Shown here piece after piece: positions 1-11,852 of a stretch of 64,000 bases of DNA. The position numbers were made by a program, and so were the translations under genes. The stretch comes from Callorhinchus milii (Eukaryota), in the NCBI RefSeq assembly GCF_018977255.1, contig NW_024704743.1, forward strand, positions 81,718,001 to 81,782,000, in the 5' to 3' direction. A model generated the notes under the pieces. That model saw only the letters and a list, made by a program, of their open reading frames with translations, was not told the DNA's origin and searched no databases. Each line of letters begins with the position of its first letter. The stretch's first letter is position 1.

Positions 1-212
1 TAAAACACAATATCAAATGCAAGGTTTATTATTCTCAGTGTTGAAAAGCTCGTTGAGATCTTCATCCTGATTGCTCTATAAGTGCAGGCAGTTGTTGAAC
101 AGTCGACAGATTCAGTGAAACGTGTTTGCTGGTATGCAGGAATTTGAATTTCACTGTAACAGTCTGTGGTTAATGCCTGCAGACTACAATTCAGTAGCGC
201 TCCATATGGGCT

Positions 213-610
213 AATAATAAATAATCCTTGCATTCGATATAGTGCTTATAACACTACACATTTGTCAAAGCACTTGATAAAGTTTGTGTAAATTGTATTT
301 ATAAATTAATGCAGCAGCCAATTTATGCACAGCAATGTCCTACAAACAGCTTTGAAATGAATGACCTACTTAACTTTGCAAGAAAATTGAGGGATTATTG
401 GCCAGGACACCAAAAGAAACTCCCTTCTCTTTTAAAATAGTGTCTAGGGATCTATAATGTCTAACTGGACAGGCACACCTTGTTTTTTCTTATCTGAAGG
501 ATGGCAACACTGATATTAGAGCACTTCACCAGCAGCGCATTGGAGTGTCAGCCTAGACCATGAGTTGAATGTCCCCAATCGGGACTTGAACCTACAACTT
601 ACTGTCCCAG
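213..610 (-). mobile_element. Decayed Deu-domain SINE (SacSINE1/AmnSINE1-like)
   Basis: On minus: head remnant, Deu-like segment (revcomp of ggccaggacac...tagggatct) and tail atatcgaatgcaaggattatt; homologous to the copy at 42350-42797. Confidence 0.7.
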
Positions 611-1829
611 AATTGAGGGTGGCACCAGCTGGCTCCAGACTATTAAGAGAAGTACCACTTTTAGAAGAATAGCATGATTATTATTCCCTCCTGGTCCACA
701 TCCTAGAGATCATTTGCCTCCATGTCTTTCAGATTTCCTCTCTTCATGTACCTGGATCTTTCTCACTTCAAGCCTCCGTATTCTCTTTGATTATGCTAAT
801 GTTGTATTAGAGCAGTGCTCGGGGTCGAAACGTTCTGATCTTATCAAATGGTTGAGTTGAAAGTTTGATTGATGTAAATGAAAAGATTACCAACACCACA
901 ATCAATCCCACAACTGAATGTTTGCCAACTCTAACAGGGAATGATCGTGCTGCGGCATAAATTTATTCACTGTTTAATTGGACCAACATGGTGCCTGGAT
1001 CCTACTTGTGAATCTTAACTTCGTGTACAGTGATATTGCTCAAGACCTTATGACCCAAATGAGAAAAGCATTCATTGTCCACTGCTCTTTGCTAAACCAG
1101 AACAGGAACAATAGTAAGTGACAAAGACAGATAGGGAAACTTTCCACACATCATGTGCCAATGATCCCATTGAGAATGAATCTGTCAATGATGGCTGAAG
1201 TGTCACTCTATGTGGAATTCATTCTTCCACCAAATTATCCCACCCAAATTTTTTGTCACATGTGCTTTTTTTTCTTCAATGGATTGATGCTTGCCAACTT
1301 AATGGCATTTCAGATGTTGCCAAAAGCAAAATGAATGCTCAGGTTCAAGTTTAATGTTTTTAGTAAATGTTTGTGCTCTTTGAGCCTTGCGAGGTCAGAG
1401 CCTGGCAGTAAAATGCTTCGCTACTCCAAACATTGACGATCATTGAGCATTTCTGGGTCCCACACCCCCAACTGTAGAATGAAGCTCCCTCTGCAGTGCC
1501 CTTACAATCTACCTTTGTCCCCACCAATATGAATTATTGCCAACAGGAGCCATCCTTGTTATATAGATATCCTGATAATTCGACCCTGACTTAACTTGTC
1601 ACTATCACTTAAGTCATTGTGTTGTCAATATCCCGTTATACATATGCCTAACTCACCACTCGTCACTGAGCTCTTTTCCTTTGAAGTGATGAGTTACCAG
1701 GAGGATACTGTATTTGCCAAAGTTTTGCAATGTTAACAAATCCTAATAAGAGAGGTGACATGGATAATGTGGTGAATTGTAGAAATAATCTGTATTTTAT
1801 TGCTTCAGTCAGGGGTATGGGGAACTGGC

Positions 1830-2161
1830 AGGTAAAAGGGAATGAAAAGATTACTCTTGAAAGAGTTGCATTGACACGATGGGCTGAATAGCCTTCTTCT
1901 TTACTGTAAATTTGTATGGTTCTAAACCCATTCATCCTACCCACCAAGCTTACATCTCCACACTGTCTTTGTTAAGTGCTTTGAGAAGTCCTGCATAAAA
2001 GGTGTTATATAATTAAATAATTATTTGGGGAGGACAACGTTGCAGGGCTATAGGGAGAGCGCAGGAGAATGGGATTGATTTGGGTAGCTCTTTTCAAAGA
2101 GCCTGCACAGACACGATGGGCCGAATGGCCTCCTTCTGTGCTGTATAATTCTATGATTCTA
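1830..2161 (+). mobile_element. Two CR1-clade LINE 3'-end fragments
   Basis: cacgatgggccgaatggcctccttctgtgctgtataattctatgattcta, a typical CR1 3'UTR with attctatg tail (2030-2161); more decayed copy at ~1870-1925. Confidence 0.75.
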
Positions 2162-3346
2162 AGATAAGTAGAAGCTGTATTTATAGCTATAGAATGCTAG
2201 GATAATCCCTGGTTTGTGATGGACGTGTAATATGTACTAAGCTCCCAGTCTGTGGGTGGGACTGAGTCACTGGCTGGGTATTCCTCCCTCAGTTCAACCT
2301 CAGAGCAACTTTCTGGCTCTCAAGTGGTGCTAGCAGAGGTGTCTGGCTTCAGTGGTAAAGCCATGTTTTGCAACCGGCGGGGTGGGGGGAGGGTGCAATG
2401 GGCAATTAGTGGCATTACCTTCCTGCCGATCTCCATGCTGCCTCATACCTCCTGCTCTGACTCCTGTGCTTCTTCATGCCTTCTTTTCCACCTCTCTTCC
2501 CCTCGCTCTCCATGTTTACCTCTCACAAGGTATAAGACGCATGAGGCAGCACAGAGAGCAATGGGAAGGGAGCAGGAGTGGGAAGTAAAGGCACTGTACA
2601 TACACCTAAAGGCTGTAAGGGAGGTGGGAGATGTGGGTGGGGGGGGGGGACTGGGGGACACAGCCCTCTACCCCCATTACTACTGCCACTGTCTGGTATC
2701 TGGCTGCATTCTCAGCGGTTGTTGAAAAAAAGAGGCAAAAGGTTGTGCTCTTAAGATAAAAATCTAAAATGGAGAAATCTGAAAAATTACTGCGCCGACT
2801 CGCAATCAAAGTTCGGATTAGGGCTTCCCCCTTGTGCTGAAGTCAGTCTTTCATAAGAAATCTTAGTAGTGAACATAATTAAAACAGTATGAAGTCGGCT
2901 TCTGAACTTGAGGATTGAAGTCATTGTTGGAGTTTGTGAGTGTCGTCAATCACTCTGCCAGAATTCACGTTGCTTTTTTCCACAGTTTTTATGGACTTTT
3001 TCTGAATGGGATCACTAACCTGTCCAGAGGGAGGGGGGAAGGTGTTGGGGGAAGCACATGAAACTTTATATTTTATTGATATAAAAGAAATATTGGAGGA
3101 ATGTACCTAGAAGTATAGCATAAGCCGGTCAGGGAAGTGAAAACAAATGACAAAATAATACTTGGAATTGTATGTCAGTTTGGTTCAGTTTGTAGCTCTC
3201 TTGCTTCTGAGTGAGAAGGTTATAAGTTCAACCCCTGCACCAGGATATGAGCATATGACCCAGGCTGATGCTCCAGTATTGTATCAGAAACGTGTTATGT
3301 TTTTGGAAGTGCCTATCTTTAGATAAGATTTGCTATCTGTTTTTCA

Positions 3347-3670
3347 ATTTTTTTTTNTTTTTCTTTCTTTTTGGCAGAAACCCATCATCACGCTTAAGAA
3401 TATCCAAATCAGAAGAGTTTCACTTAGACATAACGCCTATGTATGGAAATCTCCTATATGTCTGGAATGAAATGCACACTCTTTCCCTGGAGTGCTGCAC
3501 CCTGCTCACCAATTTCCAAAACATTAGGAGCAGGTTAGCAAGAGCCAATGCTTGGGGATCCCAGAGTGTGTATTTGGGATACTAGTGGAGTTTAACCAAC
3601 TAAAACCACATAGCATACCAGTGCAAACACTTCTGGCAAGTCTTACCACTGCTTAACCAGCTAGGACCAA
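3347..3670 (-). mobile_element. Unclassified ~300-bp A-tailed retroposon
   Basis: Homologous to 16790-17065, 33330-33561 and 34802-35120 (shared ggctcttgccaacct...cattccagacac core); T-rich tract at 3347-3372 reads as an A-tail on minus. Confidence 0.6.
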
Positions 3671-3983
3671 TCTACTTTTAGGGTTTGACTTGGAGGGACA
3701 ACAGAAAATGAGTGAGAAGCATTTTTCCTCCCTCTGAATGGTTTGCCTCTCGAGTCCTATTGACGAGCCAGACTGGCTGGTCTGTCATCCCCTGGAGTAC
3801 TGCAGACCCACCTGGCTCAAAGCCCATGTAGGCCTCTTGCCTATCCCAAACAAGGAGGATAGTCACTAGCACATCCAACAGGCATATGTTTAGCCCTCAC
3901 TAGATAGATAATAAAATAACTGTTTTTCAGATAGCCAATAAAGATCCCATGACACTATTGAAAAAGAGAAGGGAGATTCTCCC

Positions 3984-4293
3984 AATAATAATTATAATAA
4001 TCCTTGCATTTGATATAGCATTTTTCACGTCTTCTAGACGTCTCAAAGCGTTTCACGGAATATACTGTAAAGTGAATTGACTGTATATTGTGGGCAAAAC
4101 GCGGCAGCCAATTGCGCACAGCAGTGTCCTACAAACAGTCGTGGATTGAAGTGACCAAATGATTATTGTTTTTTCTCTTGAGGGATTATTATCAGGCGTG
4201 TGGAGTAAGGAAACTTGCTCAAGCTTTCGCCCTGCCGGGAATCAAACCCAAGTCTCTCGCTTGTGAGGCGAATGCTCTAACCACTGAGCTACA
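3984..4293 (-). mobile_element. tRNA-derived SINE with L2-type tail (older subfamily)
   Basis: Revcomp of tgtagctcagtggttagagc head with A/B boxes, body, and tail gagacgtctagaagacgtgaaa...aatgcaaggattatt; follows a Deu-domain fragment at 3940-3983. Confidence 0.9.
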
Positions 4294-4528
4294 ATGTCCT
4301 GAACACTAGATCAAGCTCACTTTAACTCTACAACTTTTCACTATAGAGTGGGATCTCCTATTTTGCAGATACAGTGAAATCCAGGGCCAGGAAAACCAAC
4401 CAGTTTTAAACCATTGCGTATAGAGTATAGAGACAGACTTGACTCCAGAGACCATCCTTCCTATAGTCAAAAACAGAAGTCGCTGGGAACACTCAGCAGG
4501 TCAGGCAGCATCTATGGAGAAAAGAAAG

Positions 4529-4566
4529 TGAGTCAGCGTTTCGGGTCCATGACCCTTCATCAGAAC
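4529..4566 (-). ncRNA. Minimal type I hammerhead ribozyme-like motif (inverted copy)
   Basis: Minus strand gtt-CTGATGA-a-gggtc-atg-gaccc-GAAA-cgct-gactca, with a perfect 5-bp stem II. Confidence 0.5.
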
Positions 4567-4576
4567 CTTTGTCAGT

Positions 4577-4617
4577 TGAGCTCTGACGAAGGGTCGTGCA
4601 CCCGAAATGTTGACTCA
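4577..4617 (+). ncRNA. Minimal type I hammerhead ribozyme-like motif
   Basis: tgagct-CTGACGA-agggt-cgtgc-accc-GAAA-tgtt-gactca: core boxes, stem II and imperfect stem I. Confidence 0.5.
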
Positions 4618-4997
4618 TTTTCTTTTCTCCATAGATGCTGCCTGACCTGCTGAGTGTTCCCAGCGACTTCTGTTTTTGTTTCAAATTTCCAGCATGCAGT
4701 ATTTTGCGTTTTGCCTATAGTCAAAGTCAAAGTTAGTCAAAGATTTATCTAATCTGTTAGTAGTCTAAGATTTGTGTTCTGTGATGATTCATTGTTTTAC
4801 AAAATTTAGAGATATTAAGCTTCAGAAGTTTAAGAACTATGTCTGATTACTGACCACATAGTGGGTTGGACCCATTTCTTGAGGTTTTTGAAGTTCTAAA
4901 GATGAGAAAATATCTTCATTTCTAAGAGTGAAATAAGGTTTCTGTTCCATGAGGACTGAAAAGTTGTATGAAAAGGACATCAAGGTCTGCATATGCT

Positions 4998-5110
4998 CAG
5001 AACATAGGAACATAGGAACAGGAGTAGGCCATTCACCCCCTCCCACCCCCCCACCCGCCAAACCTGTTCTGCCACTCTATTAGATCATGGTTGATTTGTA
5101 CTTCAACTCC
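4998..5110 (-). mobile_element. CR1 3'-end fragment
   Basis: agaacataggaacataggaacaggagtaggccattca is the revcomp of a CR1 tail repeat and 3'UTR. Confidence 0.7.
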
Positions 5111-5519
5111 AATTTTTATAAGTAAACCAAGAGAAACACACCGGTCCTGTAATTGTGCTATATACGGATAGATTTATACAACACAAAAAAAACTTGATAT
5201 GAAAAGCAGTCAGATTGAGTCATAAACTATTCCCTCTTCCTATCTTCCTCCAAGTGAAAGCTTTCTAATAGATGTTGCCGAATTTTTTGCATCCTCCTTG
5301 GCAGCTGTAATTGAGAAACCAGAGGCCAGGCAGAGTTAGTCCAAATGAGATCTAAAACACAGTGCAATTTTATACATTCACATAAGTGCCATCTTTTGGG
5401 TGAGAAATTAAAACGAGATCCCATCTGTCTGTTCAGGTGGACATTAAAGATACCATAGTGCTATTTGAGGAAAAAAGTGAATTTCTTCGGGTAGCCTGTC
5501 CAACAAATCTCCAAATCAG

Positions 5520-5700
5520 TGTTTGGGCAGATAGGGCAGGACATGAAGGCAGGCCAGTGTTCAATGAGAGAAGGGAGCAGTATGTATGGAGGGGGTGGTA
5601 GAGGTAAGCTGGGGTGAGATCACTGGGGGAGGGATTTGAATGCGAGAATGAAGATCTTGAACTCGATCCGCTGGAGGCTGGGGAACCAGTGGAGCAAGAT
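5520..5700 (-). mobile_element. Old L2 ORF2 C-terminal fragment
   Basis: aagatcttgaactcgatccgctggaggctggggaaccagtggagc is the revcomp of the LHW.P...RIEFKI segment seen in younger L2 copies. Confidence 0.65.
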
Positions 5701-6166
5701 GATGATATCCTAGTGACCTAAAGTCAGCTATTTTAGCACGAAAAGCTATGAACAGGGTTCACATTGCAATCTCAATATAAGCAAATCCGCACTATAGTCA
5801 AGCGCGATACAGCAATATATGTAACAGAAAATTAAATTTAGAATTCCTCAACAGATCAATCAATGTCCAACTGAGAAAGACCAGTTAATGTTTTTGGTAG
5901 GGTCTTTCATCAGAACAGAGACTGTCCACGTGCAAATGATATCACTTATGCAACACAGTCCAGCAAACACAGAAGAAAAATATGGAAAACAACAGGGTTT
6001 TTAAAAGTGAGGTTTGGGGCTCCACAATAAAGAAGGTTCCGTGACACCACGTGAGCATTCGTATTGTGCAGCAGGAGGCAATGTACAGTCAGTGAGGAGA
6101 AGATATCTATAGAATGAAGGGCTGCATAAACAAAATAGCAACTTGCACTAATATAGTTCTTTTCAC

Positions 6167-6441
6167 ACAACAACAACAACAACAAGATTCCATTTATAAA
6201 GCGCCTTTCACGTCAGGAGGACGTCCCAAGGCGCTGCACAGTTGGATCATGACCCGAGCAGGGGGGAGATGGTCAGGGTGAGGTGAGGGAAGGGAGGGAG
6301 CGAGGAGGGGGAAGAGAGTCGAGAGGGGAGCTGAAGGCTCGGTCAAAGAGAAAGGTTTTGAGACCGGCCTTGAAGGAGGAAAGGGAGGAAGCCAGGCGAA
6401 GGCACTGGGGGATAGAGTTCCAGAGCCTGGGGGCTGAGAGG
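6167..6441 (-). mobile_element. Young L2 LINE 3' end (tail type A)
   Basis: Close reverse-complement match to ~10357-10626; (caa)n tail and gcgcctttcacgtcaggaggacgtcccaaggcgc stem-loop. Confidence 0.9.
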
Positions 6442-6659
6442 AACGCAAGTTCAGTGTCTCACAGTGTTTTAAAGTGTATAATCAGGGAGGAGGTATTTAA
6501 GGGTGTTGAACAAAGGCATGGTCTAAGAATCCATAAACTTCTGATTCAGAGGCACAAGTGCTATTGCCTGAGCCAAGCTGACACCAAACAGCCCCATTAT
6601 AATGAGGAGATATATTTTTAATAATATAATAATAATCTTCACATTTAATATAGTGCCTT

Positions 6660-6870
6660 TTGACCCCCACTCTTGCCTCCTTCAAGACCCATCTCAAGAC
6701 CTCCTCTTTGACTGTGCCTTCAGTCACACCCTCCTACCCTTACCCTCAAGCCCTCTACCTCTCCAGATCCCAACCACCAGCTTGGGTGCGGATCCCTGAC
6801 TGTCTAGCGCCTTGGGACATCCTCCTGACGTGAAAGATGCTATACAAATGTAATTTGTTGTTGTTATTGT
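6660..6870 (+). mobile_element. L2 3' end, older
   Basis: ctcaagacctcctctttgactgtgccttc...gcgccttgggacatcctcctgacgtgaaag...(ttg)n. Confidence 0.8.
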
Positions 6871-7101
6871 TTTGGCATCTTTGAGATGTTTCAAAGCATT
6901 TTTAATAGGATTTTGAAGGCAGGAGAGATGAAGCAAGGTAGAAATTCGGTGGAAGCAGACCAAGTAATACAAAATACACTGGGGAAGGTATACAAATGAT
7001 TGAATCAGGAAGCAGGTCATTTTAGAGGGCATCAATTTAACAAACAAATTGCATATATATAGCACCTTATATATAGCAACGTCATCAGGAAGACATCCCA
7101 A

Positions 7102-7316
7102 GAGAGTTGTTAGGATGTGGAATATCCTGCCTGGTGTGGTGGCCGAGATAGGCTCATATTAGGTTTCAAGCAGGAAATGGATATCTAACAAGAAATAATC
7201 TACAGTGGTTTGGGGAAAAGGCAGATACATGAGACTGAATTCCTAGCTCTTTCAAAGAGCCAGCACAGACACAATGGGCAGAATAATCTTCTTCTGTGCT
7301 ATGTTCTACAGTTCTA
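7102..7316 (+). mobile_element. CR1 3' fragment
   Basis: agagttgttaggatgtggaat (RVV..WN) through caatgggcagaataatcttcttctgtgctatgttcta. Confidence 0.7.
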
Positions 7317-8723
7317 AATTGGCTGCCGCATTTTTGTACAAATCATCACTGCCACATTCGGCTACAAATACACTTAACAGTAATTACTGTGAAGGGCATT
7401 GAGATGTTTAATTGTTATAGGCACTATATCAAGTGCAAGGATTATATTAACTCCAATTGAACCAGGGAGAGTGGGTCTATCTAAACACAGGCCATTAACA
7501 AGCTTAATTGGCCAGTGTAGACTGACTTGGAGCAAATAAGCAAAAAAATTAAAACACCCTAAAAGAGAATACAGAGCTATTTAATGCCAGTGTCCAATTA
7601 ATACCCCCACCTCCTCAATTCTCCATGCACATTTATGCTATCTGCCAAATCGTGTTAACTTAACTCCCAGATATGAATAGACCCCTTGTGTCATTTCCAT
7701 AGAAGTCAGTGACAGCGTTGCACACACTTCCCTGACATCTATAATGAGTCGTGACACAAAGGCGACATTCTTCTCTGTACACTTCAAATTACAACCCTTT
7801 GGAGCTAATGTTTCAGGGTAAGTGTCAGAGCTGGTTAAATCCAATTGTGCTTGAGTTAAGGATTTGCAGTCATTTGACTCAGAATAATTTAATTTTTAAT
7901 TTTATTTATTTTTGTAAAAGTGGCCTACTAATTATCTGTGCTGTGATCCTAGGGGTCTGAGCTCTGACTTCTAAAGAGGCTTTAATCACTGAAGGAGGTG
8001 CTAATTGATGCTTGTGCTGCAGCAGTTTGAGAGATCTCTCAGACAGCCATCTGTTTCAGATTGCTTTGTTAACACAGCTGGACCTTTTGATCTGCAACCC
8101 TTTCCTTTCATGAACACGCTGATTCCCTAATCACAACAGACCAAATTACACAACAATGTAATAACTTAGAGGAATCCATTTTTATTATACGTTTGAGCAA
8201 GCGGATCAAATGTATTTTTTATTGTGCTGTCTCAACACCAGAGTGGCCATCAATTTGTGCTTCTAAAATCAAAGTGGACAAAATAAATCAAAACAGACAA
8301 GGAGGAACTTTTGAGGAGGGAGAGCGATTTAAGACTATTCATTTCCTATGTTCTATGCGTCAAAGCAGCTTGAGATCTGAGCTCCAAATTCTAAGACCAC
8401 TCCAGATGTCAATAACTAGATCAGAACAAAGGTTTTAGTTGCAGGTTTCACTGTGTCCTTTTCTTCTTCCCTTCCAACTGCAGTACTCTCACCCTTATCA
8501 TATCTATCTATGTCAGAATCTTGTGGGATCTCTTTTTAGGTTCCTGTGGCTATTATTTATGACTGGAAAGCACAGCTACATTCTTTTAAAATAATGAATT
8601 CATTTTTTAAGTTTCAACATATTATTATTCGTCGTTGCAGTGGGGCCCATCCTATCCCTTGTAATCTGGTGTGCTTCCGTTTATTTTGTGGGTGGTCTAG
8701 TTGGAACAGGGGGAAGTTATCCA

Positions 8724-10850
8724 TTCCTGTAGCTCAGTGGTTAGAGCACTCATCTCACAAGTGAGAGACCTGGGTTTGATTCCTGGCAGGGCAAAACCTT
8801 GGGCAAGTTTCCTTATTCCGCTCCGCGGTCACTTCCCCTCCAACATCCACCCACCACCCACCCCTTCCCTCCCACACTCCGACTCCTACCCATCCTCCCC
8901 TACACACCTTCGTACCCGTTTCCCCACCCTCTGTCACCAAACTCATCCTATCCCTGAAACCCACCACCTGCTCCCTTGACCCCATCCCCACTCCACTCCT
9001 TATCTCCCAGCTCCACCTCCTTGCCCCACATATCACAGACATCGTCAACCTGTCCCTCTCCTCTGGCTCTGTTCCCATTCCCTTAAAAACTGCCACCATC
9101 ACTCCCACCTTAAAAAAACCCTCCCTTGATGCGTCGCAGCTATCAAGCTACCGGCCCATCTCCAACCTCCCCTTCCTGTCCAAGGTCCTGGAACGAGTTG
9201 TCGCCTCCCAGCTGCGCTCTTTCCTCTCCACCCATTCACTATTCGAACCCCTTCAGTCGGGTTTCCGTGCTGCCCATAGCACAGAAACTGCCCTGGTCAA
9301 GGTCACCAATGACATCCTGACCATCTGTGACCAGGGCTCCCTCTGCCTCCTCGTCCTCCTCGACCTATCGGCAGCATTCGATACGGTCGACCACGCTATC
9401 CTCCTCCACCGCTTGTCCTCCCACCTCAACCTTCAAGGCCCTGTCCTTGAGTGGTTTAGGTCGTACCTCTCCCACCGTCTTCACTTTGTCTCCACAAATG
9501 GCTTTTCCTCCGCCCCCGCACTGTCTCGTGCGGTGTCCCTCAGGGCTCTGTCCTCGGTCCCCTCCTCTTCACCCTCTATATGCTCCCCCTTGGTGACATC
9601 ATCCGCAGACATGGGGTTAACTTCCACATGTATGCGGATGACACCCAACTCTACCTTTCCTCCTCTACCCTCAACTCCACGACCACCGATGTCCTGACAG
9701 CTGCCTGTCCGACATCGAGTCCTGGACGAGAGACAACTTTCTTCAGCTCAACGTGCGAAAACTGAGGCCCTCCTGATTGGCTCACGTCAGCGCCTCCGCA
9801 CCTCAGGCGCTGACAGCATCAGCATCCAAGGCTGCACTCTCCACCTCTCAAAGCCAGTCAGGAACCTCGGGTTCTGTTCGACCCTGAGCTGTCCTTTCTC
9901 CCTCATATCCGCGCCACAACTGGCACCGCCTTCCATCACCTCCGGAATATCGCCAGACTACGGCACTACCTCACCCCTCACGCTGCTGAAACTCTGGTCC
10001 ACGCCTTTATCACCTCAAGGCTGGACTATGGGAACTCTCTCCTCGCCGGCCTTCCCGGCACCTCCCTCCACAAGCTGCAGGTCATTCAGAACTCTGCAGC
10101 TCGTGTACTGTCCCGCACCAGGCTTCGGGACCACATCACTCCCACCCTCGCTCGCCTCCACTGGCTCCCCATCCCCCAGAGGATCGAATTCAAGATCCTC
10201 ATCCTCACCTACAAGGCCATTCACGGCCTTGCTCCCTCCTACCTCTCCGACCTACTATCCCCCTACCTACCTGCCCGTACCCTCCGTTCCTCTGGCTCCG
10301 GTCTGCTCCACATCCCCCGCCCCAACCGCCCTACCATCGGTGGCCGGGCCTTCAGCCTCTCAGCCCCGAGGCTCTGGAACTCTATCCCCCAGTGCCTTCG
10401 CCTTGCCTCCTCCCTTTCCTCCTTCAAGGCCGGTCTCAAGACCTTTCTCTTTGACCGTGCCTTCAGCTCCCCTCTCGACTCTCTACCCCCTCCTCGCTCC
10501 CTCCCTTCCCTCCCCTCACCCTGACCATTTCCCCCCTGCTCGGGTCCTGACCCAACTGTACAGCGCCTTGGGACGTCCTCCCGACGTGAAAGGCGCTCAG
10601 TAAGTGGAATCTTGTTGTTGTTGTTGTTATTCCACACACCTGATAATAATCCCTCAAGAAAAAAATAATAATGAATTGGTCACTCAATCCACGACTGTTT
10701 GTGGGACACTGCTATACCCAATTGTTGCAGGGTTTCGCCCACAAAGTATAGTCAATTCACTTTACAGTATATTCTGTGAAGTGCTTTGAGGCGTGTAGAA
10801 GACGTGAAAAGCGCTATATCAAATGCAAGGAATATTATTGTTTTATTATT
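8724..10850 (+). mobile_element. tRNA-derived SINE split by an L2 insertion (8724-8819 plus 10627-10850)
   Basis: Head tcctgtagctcagtggttagagc...gggcaagtttccttattcc; the body resumes after the L2 tail at ttattccacacacctgataataatccctc. Confidence 0.9.
8820..10626 (+). mobile_element. 5'-truncated L2-clade LINE (RT domain with frameshifts), young
   Basis: Motifs [75 protein letters not shown]; 3' stem-loop and (ttg)n; TSD ttattcc at 8813-8819 and 10627-10633. Confidence 0.95.
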
Positions 10851-11099
10851 CCCTGGTTATGTAGTGGCAGAGTATTTCATTTTTTCCTGATACTTGCAAA
10901 CTGTTCAGTACAGAGAAGTAGTATATCCAATCACTGTTACCGTCGGGTGATATTATCTTTCATTTCTCTACTGGTATGTTGTTGAACGAATTCTCCTGTC
11001 TCATACATCGATATCAAACTCAGGTCTTCAGCTTGGCTGACATCTGACATGTGCAGATGTTAACAAATACTGTCAGAAAATTTAAAACTACCTTTACAC

Positions 11100-11545
11100 A
11101 ACAACAACAATAACAAAATTGCATTTGTATAGCACCTTTCACATGGGTAGGACGTCGGGGAGGGTGCAGGGCAGTGGAGGTGTGGATGACGGTTTTGGCA
11201 GCCTGAGGGGTGAGGCAGTGGCGGAGCCGGGCGATGGTGCGGAGTGGGGGGAAGGCAGAGCGGGTCATGGCACAGATGTGTGGTAGAAAGGACAGTTGAG
11301 GGTCAAACAAGACGCCAATGTTCCGGACTGGCTCAGTGAGGTGGAGTGTGCATCCACAGATGGTGATGCTGTCAGTGCCTGAGGTGCAGAGGCACTAACG
11401 GGAGCCAATCAGGAGAGCCTCGGTCTTGTTGACATTCAACTGTAGAAAGTTAGCTCTCATCCAGGATTTGATGTCTGACAGACATTCTGTCAGGACAGCA
11501 GTGTTCCTGGAGTCAAGGGTGGAGGCAGAGAGGTAGAGTTGGTAT
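11100..11545 (-). mobile_element. L2 fragment with internal deletion
   Basis: Tail (11100-11157) joined directly to RT C-terminal sequence (FDPQLSFLPHI, LQLNVNKTE). Confidence 0.85.
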
Positions 11546-11827
11546 AGCTGTTTTTAAAGGGGTGGGAATGACGCCAGCGGGCAGGGAGAGAACCTTTGCA
11601 AAGAAGACTTTAAGTGCCGACCACCAAAACAGCTTGACTTAATTTAGTGCTTCTCATGCAGGGTAACATTGCGAAGAGTTTTACAAAGATAACTGTCTTT
11701 GTAGGTTTCAGATTGCAATGGAGCAGGATGTTTGAGGCTATTGACCAAAGGCACAATCATAGAGGTACAGCAGTTTTTAAGGCAAAGTTAAAGTGCACAG
11801 TGGGACTACATTCATAAACTAAATGAA

Positions 11828-11852
11828 NNNNNNNNNNNNNNNNNNNNNNNNN
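11828..11852. other. Assembly gap (25 N)
   Basis: Run of n; single n also at 3357 and 24801. Confidence 0.99.

Larger units (their letters stand above)
4472..4713. mobile_element. Penelope-like element remnant: inverted pseudo-LTR pair with 12-bp TSD
   Basis: ~97-bp inverted arms 4468-4564 and 4582-4678; direct repeat cctatagtcaaa at 4460-4471 and 4714-4725; each arm has CTGAYGA-stem-GAAA. Confidence 0.7.

Noticed and set aside
4414..4684. Two opposite ORFs with near-identical peptides
   Set aside because: Artefact of the inverted repeat; no coding evidence
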